Positions 13,425 to 24,850 of a stretch of DNA of 64,000 nt are shown one piece after another. The DNA lies in contig NMRA01000173.1 in NCBI GenBank assembly GCA_002633005.1, positions 389,068 to 453,067 on the forward strand, read 5' to 3'. This DNA comes from Phoronis australis (lineage: Eukaryota; Animalia; Phoronida). Made by a program: the position numbers and the translations under genes. Each line of letters begins with the position of its first letter. Position 1 is the stretch's first letter. Below the pieces are notes generated by a model, which was not told the DNA's origin, made no database searches, and saw nothing but the letters and a program-made list of their open reading frames with translations.

Positions 13425-14538
13425 AATGTGCAAAATTTCATGCAAATCTACAGTGCAGGAATGAGAAATTCATCTTTATAACAGCTAAAACTATACCGCT
13501 AGGGGGCACAGTGTTTGTAGGATCCGCCTGAAAGTCGTCGTTTTCAACTTCATATAAATACACTTGCTAAATTCAATAAAGATCCTGCACAGGCTTTAGG
13601 CGATACAGCCATAGGCATAAAAAAACTGCCACTAGGAGGTGCCACAGTAGTCAAGATCATTGGAATATTGTCGTAAGCCCTCCTCTGCACATTAGGAATA
13701 TACACAGCAATTTCCACAATCATCCTTAAAGTGGTTTGGTTGAGTGAGGGGCAGACACCAAAAACAGACTCGAAAACAGTATGAATGGCCACTAGGTGGC
13801 GAAAAATATCTCAACTCAATCCGAAAAATGAAGGATAGCATCACCTCATTAATAGATGCCTATTTGCCAAATTTTATGAAAATGTTGAGAACCTTTAAAG
13901 ATACAGAGGTAAATGTTAAAAACTAAAATTGCCACTTGAGGGCACACCAGTAGTCGGATCCGTCCGAAAGTCGTCAACGTCTGTTATCAACTTCATATAA
14001 ATACACTGCAAAATTTAATAAAGATCCTGTAGAGCATTTAGGTGATACAGTCAAGGGCGCAAAAACAAACAAAACTGCCACCAGGAGACGCAACAGTATT
14101 CAAAGACGTCAGAAAATCATCGTCAGCCGCCCTCTTCACATTAGGAACATACATGCCAATTTTCACAATCATCTCCAGAGTGGTTTGGTTGACAGAGGGG
14201 CGGACTCGAAAACAGTAAAGATGGCCACTAGGTAACACAAAGTACCTCAAATCCATCCGAAAATGGGAGGATAGTGTTACCTCACCGATAGATGTCTAAC
14301 TTCCACATATTATAAAAATCTGTTGAGGACCTCCAAAGATAGAGGTGAACGTAAACATTAAAATTGCTACTAGGGGGCACACTGGCAGTCAGAGAGGTCC
14401 GTCATCTGTCGTAAGCTTCATAAGAACAAATCTGTCAAATCTCACCAAGATTCTGTGAGATAAAGCTGCGGATGGCGGACACCCAGACTGAGATGACGGC
14501 AATATGCACCCAAATATAAATATGTGGGCGCATAAAAA
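13425..14538 (-). mobile_element. HINE/Helentron-associated-like interspersed repeat with internal ~145-bp subrepeats (~436-bp higher-order unit)
   Basis: The minus-strand start TTTTTATGCGCCCA...TGGGTGCATA forms a hairpin followed by a GTCCG-type tract, as in HINE/DINE-1 elements. The internal units are homologous to 53330-54671 in the opposite orientation. The left boundary is approximate. Confidence 0.6.
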
Positions 14539-15928
14539 TCAAACAGCACCAGAAAAGTGCTATAGAATTTAAATTGAATGAAGCTGTTTAGCTCACATAT
14601 TTGGCACATAAATATTGAGTAGATATAAATCGTACAATATGTGAAAATCTAAATTTTTTGTTAAAGAGTGCTGTCCCTGCAATTCAACACAGGTCCTGTC
14701 ACAAATAGTTTCATTTCCATGTATCATTAATGAAGCCACTGGGAAGGTTAACACTTTGGGCTAATACAGATCTTTTCAATTTTGGTCCCAAGTTTACAAG
14801 GCTATCAAAAAGGAATTAGCGGTAAATGATTTTTAAGAAGAAAATGAAATGTTGCATGAAACGGAAATGAGTAAACTGAGATTTCATCTTGAACATTTAT
14901 ATCAAATGAGAATTGGTTACATTATCTATCTATTATTTTGCTAGCATTGTACCTTTCTTTTTAGTTTAATTTTACTAAAAAGACATGGTTTTGTGACCTA
15001 AGCAATGACAGATTTGTATAAAGTCAAAAATCAAACTCTACAAGTTTCTGCTTTCAGAAAATAAATAATTTTCATAACTTAAATCTTAATATATGGCTAA
15101 TGCAAAGTCGTTGATAAGGAGGGTCACTGATGCTTGAATATCAGCACAATAAAAATACTTAAACATCAAGTGAAATCATAGTATGATTAAGAAATTCTCT
15201 CAAGGTCAACATCACTTCTGAAAAACATCAGATTTAGCTACTTGAAGCAGTGCCTATAAGAGTTCCACTGGAGGTGGGAGGAGGTGTTGGTTTTGGTGAT
15301 GGGGTATAGGTCCTGATAAGGATCTCATATCTTTAAGAAAATCTCTCCTTCAAACTGACTTACTGTACTAGTCTGTGAATGACAATGACATATCATAATT
15401 CAATAACAAAAGCAGCATGATTTAATAGGACACAAGGTCCCCCACACACTTTTCTTAGCTTGATACTCAATGCATACTTGGTGAACCAATGTTTTAGCTC
15501 AAGTTTAGGAAAACAGGAACTGGAGTTTACTACTGAGCGATGGCTCTAAAGAACCTCTGTTGGCCAACTGTGAATGATGAAGTCAGATATTGGGTACTTC
15601 AACTTTTGAATGAAATCATGTTTATTAAGAAAAACACACTATAAGAATCATTGCCCCTTGACATCACTTTGGTAAGGTAATATCTACAATACTACCAAAA
15701 TCTACAATACTACCACATACCCTACACTGCAACTTCATAACTAATTCAAAGTTCAACAGTGAACTTTCAAGGAATTAAGAGAAAAGAGTCAATTTTTACC
15801 TTTCCACCAGCTGTGTGTCTAGTATATTTCCCATAATCATTATTATTGATGGAATTCTGACATTACACATAATTTCTTAGCGGGTCAGTGACATTCAATA
15901 TGAAAATTATCATGTTGAGTAACTGTGA

Positions 15929-16347
15929 CCTGGTTGTGTACGTAGGTCATACATGTACTTCATACACCTGGTTGTGTACCTGGGTCATACATGTACTTCA
16001 CACGCCTGGTCGTGTACGTAGGTCATACATGTACTTCACATGCCTGGTTGTGTACGTGGGTCATACATGTACTTCACACACCTGGTTGTGTACCTGGGTC
16101 ATACATGTACTTCACACGCCTGGTCGTGTACGTAGGTCATACATGTACTTCACACGCCTGGTTGTGTACGTAGGTCATACATGTACTTCACATGCCTGGT
16201 TGTATACGTAGGCCATACATGTACTTCACATGCCTGGTTGTGTACGTAGGTCATACATGTACTTCACACACCTGGTTGTGTACGTAGGTCATACATGTAC
16301 TTCACACACCTGGTTGTGTACGTAGGTCATACATGTACTTCACACGC
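15929..16347. repeat. Minisatellite, 38-bp unit CCTGGTTGTGTACGTAGGTCATACATGTACTTCACACG, ~11 copies
   Basis: Directly visible. It explains ORFs 15888-16211 and 15991-16173. Confidence 0.95.
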
Positions 16348-17142
16348 TTGGGTGGCATAGGGAATTACATCAAACTTCATAGAAAACACTGTACTGCATA
16401 AAGTAATTTTACACTAACACGAACTTGTCCCTCATCACAGGGAGTAGTGAGACAATGGACAAAGTTTCAAAAAGCCAGACAATCGCCGCGTGGGACAAGT
16501 GTCAATCATGAAGGCGCAATGAATGCAGTGGGTCCAACTGAGTGACCTAAGGACATCTGGTGCACCACAGAGGGCACCAGCGCATCTGCAATGACTGCTG
16601 TTTGCAGGCCTGTGTTTCAGTTCAAGGCATCTGTCTGCAGGTCTGGTCTTCATGTTAACCCCTTGCCCTGAAAACTGGGTTGATTGACACTTCAGACACA
16701 GGAAATAGCAAGTTCAAATCTCTGAGGCACATCATTCTTTAAGCAGTTTAAACACAGATTGGTGAGAACGTGAGAGAGAGCATGCTTCTGTTAGTGCTTG
16801 TTGCTGTGTTAACATTCATGTGGCCACCATGTGGCACTCACTCACACCAAATGTGGTATGCAACATTCTGAGTACAACTGGTATAGGAATCAATCAGCCA
16901 AGACAAGGTCACTTCAGCAAAAACTGAATGTTTAATGCTCAGATATCTAAAGACAGAAATTCTGAATGGACGGTTTCACAGAAAAGAAAGGGATTCACAT
17001 TCAAAGAAAGTGCTATTTTTCTACCCCATCCTGTGCGTTTATTGGGATGTCATGCTTGTGAAAAATTTTGTGCTAATGACGGAAAATTTATGATTTTTGT
17101 CACTCACAGCTGATTAAAAGTTGCTATTAGAAAAATTGAGGA

Positions 17143-17302
17143 CAATCACATATGTCTGTAGTGACTATCTATGAACTATACTCAATCACATATGTCTGTA
17201 GTGACTATCTATGAACTATACTCAATCACATATGTCTGTAGTGACTATCTATGAACTATACTCAATCACATATGTCTGTAGTGACTATCTATGAACTATA
17301 CT
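17143..17302. repeat. Minisatellite, 40-bp unit CAATCACATATGTCTGTAGTGACTATCTATGAACTATACT x4
   Basis: Four identical tandem copies. Confidence 0.95.
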
Positions 17303-17648
17303 GTAACTGATACTGATACCTCGTTCACACATTGAATAATTTAAAACACTTCCATTTTCGCTAACTTTTTGGTTATGTCAGTGTGAAAGGTTACCTGAGT
17401 GTCACTTACGCTGGAACTTTGCTGGTGTAATCAATCAACTAACTGTGCAACTGCTAGCATTATTCCCAACTCATGTGAACTTAAAGGAGAATGCCACCTG
17501 ATTTAATTAGTCTTTTTTACCATCTTAATCAATCTATATCCACATCGCCTCTAATACGGTCGACCTCACCTTGCCGAGAGGTGTCGCGTTAACCTGTGAG
17601 GAAGGTGAGAAACCACGCAGTGACGTCAGTGGTTCATCTGCAGAGTGA

Positions 17649-17900
17649 ATGCCGCTATATTGCGGTGCATCGTTCCCGCTTGTCCGAACTATGAAGCTGC
17701 GAAGAAAGCAGGTATATTGTTTTTTCGACTTCCTCGAGAGCCCGGAATACTTAGGAAGTGGCTTGCGGTAGTGAAGAATAAAAGGTACGCTGTCAATAGC
17801 AAGTACGAGGCTGTGAAACATTTCCGTGTCTGTGGTCGGCATTTCGTCAACAGTGATTTCTCTGATGAATTCCGGCTTACCAAAGAACTATCTATACGTT
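17649..17900 (+). pseudogene. THAP zinc-finger domain remnant (transposase N-terminus)
   Basis: CIVPACPN...FFRLP...RKWLAVVK...RVCGRHFVNSDF matches the C2CH THAP pattern with conserved P, W and F. The nearest ATG (17649, MPLY..) is out of frame by 1 nt, and the C-terminal AVPTIF box is missing. Confidence 0.85.
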
Positions 17901-17959
17901 CCGTTGCCTGTGCATGTTCACATAACGTAAAATTGCCGTGAGGACTTGACAGGGACCTC

Positions 17960-18337
17960 AGGGGTCTCACACTCCACTGATTTATCCACATTATTTTGAA
18001 AACGCTTTGCCCAGTCGCACATTATGTGTCATAAAAGAGATAAGCATACCAGCAGCTGACGCAGCAAGTAGAACTACTCTCGTTTATCACATTGGTGTAG
18101 ACTCACAGTTGAACTGTTGTTTTCTGTAAACCCCAGACCGTCCCGAGTTGCACCATATACCAACTCCGGACCGTCTCTCACGACGATTAAGCGTTATGCA
18201 CGGCGCCTCTCTAGTATTTCTTGATCAGTGTATTCCAGTTCGAACTGATAGCCTGTGAAACCTAACGATACGACCCATGAAGTCTTCGTTGGATGAACTC
18301 TTGACTAAGTCGGGATAGGCGCCGGACAAGTTGCCAT
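17960..18337 (-). pseudogene. KolX / P2X7-ballast-like Cys-rich protein remnant
   Basis: Manual translation gives MATCPAPIPT*...GFTGYQFELEYTDQEILERRRA*, then (frameshifted) IWCNSGRS, then CATGQSVFKIMWINQWSVR. These match, in order, the YQFEPEY, WCxCGxC and CITxHxxFxxxCLNxWxL motifs recalled for this family. Stops and frameshifts are present. Confidence 0.6.
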
Positions 18338-21300
18338 GCAGATGTTTATTATTATGCGTTCCGTTTCAAAATGAGTTATTCTCATCCTAACCAATGCTTA
18401 TATGAAACTGAAACAAAGTATGTCTAATTAGATACAATTTGTAATGCCTTTGCAGTATTCGTGAGTGCAAATGTTGAGAAGCCAGCAATGAATAAACCAC
18501 TGCGTTACCGGCTTTTGATGCCTTCAATAAAGGTAATTGACCAGGCACCAAGTCCGTGTGAGCGTATGCTAATTCAGTGTTTGCTGACAGAAAGCTGTTG
18601 TGAAACAATTACTCGATTTTATATGCTATGGTCACATGTTACGGGAATCTACATTATTCAAATCATTGTAACTGTACAACCTTTGTCCTGACGGTCTCAA
18701 TTTAAACTTACTTTGTAGTAACTTTTCTCAGTTCGAGATCAACCCAAGATAGATTCAAGTTTTGTCCTCCTAAATTGACGATAATGCTTAAGAGTAATTC
18801 CCATAGAAGACTTTACGCTCTGCTTATCGTTCAACTGACCTCTGATATGTTTTGGATTAAAAACAAAAAATTAATTCTACTAAGTAATTTTTCTCTTAAA
18901 CTGCTTAAGCCCATCTTAAATAAGATAAGTTCACTGGTCTGCACTATTATTCCCGTCTACCATTGTTAAATTTTAGGTAAATTTCCCCTCTGTACTATTT
19001 TTCCACTTTACTATATACTGTAGTTTCCAGTATATACTATTAGCTAAAGCCGTGTGTCGAAGAGGTTTCACTCAGGGACTAATTTGACACATTGATTACT
19101 CTTGATTAGAATGTCAGCCAAAGAAGCAAGTACCGGTAAATTACATGCTAATTTTACAAGAGCTTCTTTCAGAGGGAATTCTTTGACACATCCATTAACC
19201 TAATTCAGGAACAGCCACAGAAGGAAAAAGGAGGGTGGAATAAGAGGTGAATAGGTCAGTGGGACTAATGAAGAAAGGGTCCCCTTATCACCATTTGAAA
19301 GCTGCTCACCAGCATGGGATCTGAGGGTCGTTTGTGACCAGCCAACAACCACTGCTACTTTCTGTGTTAGCTCTTCTACAGTTATTTCAAAGCATACCTG
19401 GATTATAACAAAAGTCTCCCTCACAAGAATTCGCAATCCCAAATTAAAGCAATCTCATTAAAAAAGGCCAGTTTCAAAAACACGACTGCTTGGTCTGTTT
19501 CTATTTCTGCCAGATGAAACCATCGAAGATTGTTCTCCTTTCCAAATGGCATACAACCAAAAACTAGATCAGTAGTTTGATTTTTGAGAGCCTTTTTCAA
19601 ATCTCGACATTAAGTTTACGACAACTGCATGAGGAGTAAGAAATTTGTGTTAAACATGTTGATATTTCCACATATACTCCCAAACTGTTTCATCAAATGA
19701 CCTTTTCTGTGCGCCCAGTTCTGCATTTTGGTTCACTTAGGTTATGCAACTATCCTAGGTATCAGTTTAATTTGCAACATGAAGGCAAAGTTGTGTTCAA
19801 GGAGCATGTCTGTAAACAGTTCATTACAGACAAGCTACATGTCTATTTGTGACTAGTTAAAGCTAACAGGTATAGTTCTGTAGATTACTAGACTATCCTG
19901 TAGTTTACAAGACTACTGTGTAATGCTCAATCTTCTCATTAAAGAGGATGCAATGAAAAACAAATCCAACTGGAGCAGATAAAATAGATAATAAACAGTG
20001 TCTTTAAAAACTGAATGCACATCAGTACTGATGCTCTGAAAAATCCAATAAATGAGATTTTCCACCCTGTTAAAAATAACCAATTTTTACAGAAAACCAA
20101 GCCTGTGATACACTAATTGCAACAACAACAACAACAAAATATGGTCACGACAAAACTATTCAACTCAACACAAGATCACATTGAGGAGACGAGACTTAAA
20201 GACATCCACAAATTTCCTAGTTCTTCTCAAACCCTAGATTTCACTTGGCAATAGACTTACAGAGGAGCTGTAGTATGTGCAGACATTGATTCTCAAAATG
20301 CGTTTTCAATATCAAATGTTTTGTTTTTAGAATCAAGTTTATGCACAAAAAATGATTGTGGTGGGGAGGAGTTTATACATAAAGTTAGTGAAAACATGTT
20401 TGCTTACTAGTGTTCTCAACAAGAGCATTTGGGCATTTGGGCATCGTGAACATGAGTACCGAGTGTAAACATACAAACTGGTAACATTTCACATAAGACT
20501 GCAAGACTGCTTTTACTGCCTGACAACTCTATCCTTACAGCATATGCAGTTGAACCCATTTTCTTGACCCAGGTCATCCGTTCAAAGATGGCATGTCAGT
20601 GTTGCACACACAAACACACACACACACACGCGCACACACAAACATCTTTTTCTCCACTAAGTGGAAAATCTTTGCTAATAGTTTACACTGACTGATGTAT
20701 GATCCTAGTAGTCTTATTCAAGCAACGTCTCTGACGCATATATACTGAACCCCCCTCCCAACTAACATGTCTATGAGTATACTCCTGCAAATATGGTGAA
20801 TATTTGAATTTCAGAGTGACATCAGGTGAACGAACACATGTAGGAGATGAAATCTACAATTAAATAAAGTGGAAATCTTGATTTTAGATCCACACCACAA
20901 TAACTGCATTGATAATTTGCTCAACAAAAATCAATGTCAGAGACATCACAAGGTTAAACCTCTACATATACCTGTCTTCCATATCCTCTCAATACTCACA
21001 GATCTTTTATATTACAACAAGGAGAATTATTACGTTTTTAAAAACCTTTTCTCACTACAATTGGACAGACTTTTTACACAAATTACTCTTGAATCTGAGC
21101 ATGAGCCCTTCCAATTAAAGAAAAGTGCAGATTTACTCTACTTGAATCTTAATCACATAACATAGATATTTTGTCTGTATGGCTTCTGTTTGCCTAAGCA
21201 AGGTTTGGTACAGGTCAAACGAATTCTGAACAGCATCCAGCACTGATAAAGTTCCTTGAGGTCTCAAGTATTTTGTTATGAAGTGTCAATAAAACCACAA

Positions 21301-21513
21301 TAAACCGTACAAAACAAGCACATAGCAAGGACGAAGGACAAGAACGATGTAGATAGGTTATGAATGTGACTGAATGCTGCGTTGATGAAAAGTACACATC
21401 AGTAACACTTAAACTAATAAAACCAAAACTTAATTGTCCAAAAAACAGCGCATAACCTTAACAAAAACCAACAGAGGGGTTTGTCAGCTGAGATATTTCT
21501 CTACACTACTTAC

Positions 21514-22131
21514 CATAGGCATAACAACAAATTGACAGAACATTCCGATGGCGGGGGCAATGGGTTTCTTCAGCACCTTCTTGACAACAGCCAGCTCCAT
21601 CTTACAGCCGATGCTGATGCTAGCCAGGAACACTATAAGTATGACCGTCACTGTAAATATACCATCCACAACGTGTGCGTCTCGTACAACCGAGACCCTG
21701 TACACAACGGGGTGTCGCCACCACACTCCCTCAAGAGGCACCTCCTTCTCACTGGCCTTAACAGACCCATTTGTAAAGGTATTGCTCAAGTTCATATGAT
21801 CCGACATGTAAAACTTCACAGTGGTGTGTCCCAGAAATAGTCCCTTGATTTTCATAGAGTGATTATTGTAACCCGTCTTTACTCCAGCAACATTGTAAAC
21901 ATAATTGCTTTGTACATAGAGAGTAGAGTTTACTGGTTCTATAAGTTCAGCAATGAGCTGATTGTCAATCTTCACATACATCAGATTAGATGTCACTGAA
22001 GAAATGTTAAAAAAGACAACATGATCATGGTCCTCCTTAAGCTTGTCAAGAGATGCAGGGTCAAAGGTCAAGTCAATGCCAAAAACAACTGGCACCATCA
22101 AACACACAATGCTTCTCAGTGTCAGCTTCAT
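21514..22131 (-). CDS. SLC10-family transporter (P3/SLC10A3-A5-like), first coding exon
   Basis: ATG at 22131 with an in-frame upstream TGA. It encodes a signal-peptide-like MKLTLRSIVCLMVPVVFG, an extracellular segment with five N-x-S/T sequons, then ...ISIGCKMELAVVKKVLKKPIAPAIGMFCQFVVMPM. Donor |gtaagt at 21513, phase 0; the exon acceptor is at 22174-22176. The joined CDS is 618+172+722 = 1512 nt with no internal stop. Confidence 0.95.
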
Positions 22132-22779
22132 TCTGTTTGGTTGACTTTCACCAGATCGGTGTCATGGCAGTTTCTGGAAATTAAACAGAACTATTGAGCA
22201 TTCAGGCATATCTGTCCGTGCAATACATGTACAAACTGACTTTGTCAGGGGTCAGTATGTGAGTGGTCAGTAAGTGAGGGGTCAGTATGAAAGTCACAAA
22301 TTAAAGTTTATATGTATCATTCCCCAACTGCACGTGTCATTTGTTTGGTTTTTGGTTTGGTAAAGTACCATTTTTTGGGAGATGGCAATAACTTTTGTTG
22401 CAACTTTTGTTAGGCAACATGTAGACAGTGCCATATGACATTGTATCTCCTGATGCGAACAGTGTAAAAAGAGCCAGATGCCAATTTGTGCAACTGAACG
22501 AAGGACTTCTCGAACAAAGATTACGAGAGTATTTGTTCGAGTTGGAAGGAATTAAAGACATCGATGTCCTCCTAAGGTGTCCCTCTATGTGCAAGGTGCA
22601 ACATGATGGTTTAATCAGTGCGAGGCACAATTCACTGAAAACCTTCCAGCGTATGAAGGCCCCATGGAGGCCACGCCTCCATTGCTAAGCAGAGACAGTG
22701 GCACCCTCTAGGCAAAATGAAGCCTTGACAGTGCCACGTGGTAACCTTGGTGCAAAGTTGTATACTAAATATACAGCTT

Positions 22780-23470
22780 TGCGATGATGTGGGTAAAAAA
22801 ACTAGCCAAATAAAATCTGACATAAAATTAGAGTCATTAAAATTACACTCTTCCTTGAGTAAATTAAATTATCTACCAGTGTTGGAAAATTTGGCGTTCT
22901 ACTGTAATTCTACTGCTAAAGTTAATTGGTGCTATGAAACATTGTATCACCTATTGGCCAACTGTTCTTCTTTCACAAGGTTGTGTACATGCCATAGCAA
23001 ATTATCAGATCTGGTTTGACTTCATTATAAGTTTTTAGAATTTTGATGCAAACAAACCGAACTTCAAAATAAATTTTGCTGCTTTGAAGCTCTTATCATT
23101 TCCCAAGAGATGTTGCAATAATTTAGGAAATGGTGCGTGCACGTGTCACGAGCATACCGTGTTTTCATAACAACGACACACTTTTCATTGTTAAAAACGT
23201 CACAGAATTACACAAGAAAATGACTTTTATTAAATTGTTTTTCACTTAAACGGCTCAGTGTAATGGGCAAGGTGAGAATCAGTTGATTCCCAGCGTTTTT
23301 TGCCTGCGCCTCCACCAGTCTTTAGCTCTACATGTTGATACAAGTTTCACCGCGAGGTGACGAGCAGAACTACCCGGCTGCATGAAATTTCGAGGTCTGT
23401 CAGAGCTGAACACATAGCGGTACCTAGCTGTATTTTGACGATAGTCTTCACACAGCTAGCTGGATATGCC
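22780..23470 (+). repeat. Interspersed repeat family B, copy 1
   Basis: Shares TTCCTTGAGTAAA.TAAATT...GTGTTGGAAAA and AGGTGACGAGCAGAACTACCCGG with 50330-50860 (same strand) and 25995-26540 (inverted). Boundaries are approximate. Confidence 0.75.
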
Positions 23471-24267
23471 ACTGCTGGCCCCAGTACGTCTGCGGTGTCC
23501 ACAGACGATGTATTGCTTATCACCAAGTCAAGCTGACTCAAGTGGCTGGCAAGCAATAATAAACCCATGACCAGTGCGATTGAAACCTAAAGACTGTTGA
23601 TAGATTGATAATAATAGTAGGCTTATATTCCTATTTACACTATCTAAAAAATCTAAATAAGCTAACAGAGTCCCAGATCATGGATGGCCACCGTCTGGCT
23701 GGACGTCAGAGCCGACTTTCCTGCCCCAGTTCATACGGTGGTAGGCCAACTGTCCACTGCGTAGCTGGATCCAAACTTACATTCCTCGTTTGCTGTTCTA
23801 AACTATCTACAATCTATAAGTATAAGTTTCAATTTATCATCAATCAGGGGAATGACGATGCAGACGTAAGTCGTAGTAAAACGGTATGGGCCAATATGCC
23901 ATGGGATTATCCGATTACAGTCACACAAAGGTAGCTAAAAGTTGTTTTTCGAAAATATTGTAACACAAACCATTTGGAATGTATTCACACGATAGTCCCC
24001 ATCTGCAGCAAAAAATACACTGGATGATGAAAGCAACGCTTAGTGTTCTTGCATGTCGTCTTCCCGCACTCGCACTTCTCACAAACATGACCCTTGGGTC
24101 AATCAAGGACGTCATATCCAGTGGAAGTAGTAGAGACATCTGGTGTTGACAATGTTAAACACTTCGCTGGCGGGGGACTAAACGGAACCGTCCCCGCCGG
24201 CCGGGCCCGATCACTAGATGCCGGTTATCGATCAGAGAACTGAGATTGCCTGAGCATTACCGAAATA

Positions 24268-24395
24268 TCAGGGGCAGATCCAGGATTATGGATCTTTTTT
24301 AAAAAGGTGGGTCCAAGTCAACAATTCTAGATTTGACTAACTTGTCAACGGGGAAAACTGAGGGCCGGAGGTCTGGACCCCATGGATCCGCCTAT
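24268..24395. mobile_element. Short MITE with CAGGGGC(A/G)GATCCA termini
   Basis: CAGGGGCAGATCCAGG ... TGGATCCGCCTAT; same terminal type as 25792-25946. Confidence 0.55.
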
Positions 24396-24796
24396 ATGCA
24401 CTGCATATTCCACAAAATGTAGATTTTTTTAGCGAAGACCTTACATTAGATTGAAAGAAGTTCTTAAAGCATTCAATCTGTTTAAACAAGCGTCTAAGTC
24501 GTATTTCAAGTCACATGTGACGCCGGGTGGGACTCAGTGCCAACCCAGGATCCTTCAAAACGTTCAGTTTTCAATTCTGGGTGCCCAAGCCCGGCTAACT
24601 TCAGTACTGATCTCCCGATTGTCAGTGATGCTCGAGTTAGTCATGAAGTCCAGACTTGACCCTTGGAAAACTTCATCGTCGAGTGTTTGTGGTACGGTTG
24701 GGAAGGAGGACAGTCACTCGGTGACCGTCTAGAAGGAAGACGGTGACTGATTAGAACGAATTTCCCAAGCAAACTTTCCTCATCCACAACTGTTAC

Positions 24797-24850
24797 CTTT
24801 CGCTTCTTTCACCGTCTGCACGGTCACCAAGTGCCATCTTCGACACAGTG
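24797..24850 (-). other. Candidate 5' leader exon of the SLC10 gene
   Basis: Donor AAAG|gtaaca at 24796 and a YY1-like AAGATGGC at 24833-24840 in a CpG-richer patch. An upstream exon is expected because the first coding exon is preceded by an acceptor-like site. Confidence 0.35.

Larger units (their letters stand above)
17485..18340. mobile_element. Decayed, internally deleted Kolobok-like DNA transposon
   Basis: Candidate left terminus TTAA|AGGAGAATGCC at 17481-17495, a THAP remnant on plus and a KolX-like remnant on minus, convergent. The right TIR was not found. Confidence 0.65.

Noticed and set aside
22428-22688. 86-aa protein-like ORF antisense to the SLC10 leader intron
   Set aside because: Non-ATG start, no recognised family and no clear splice sites.
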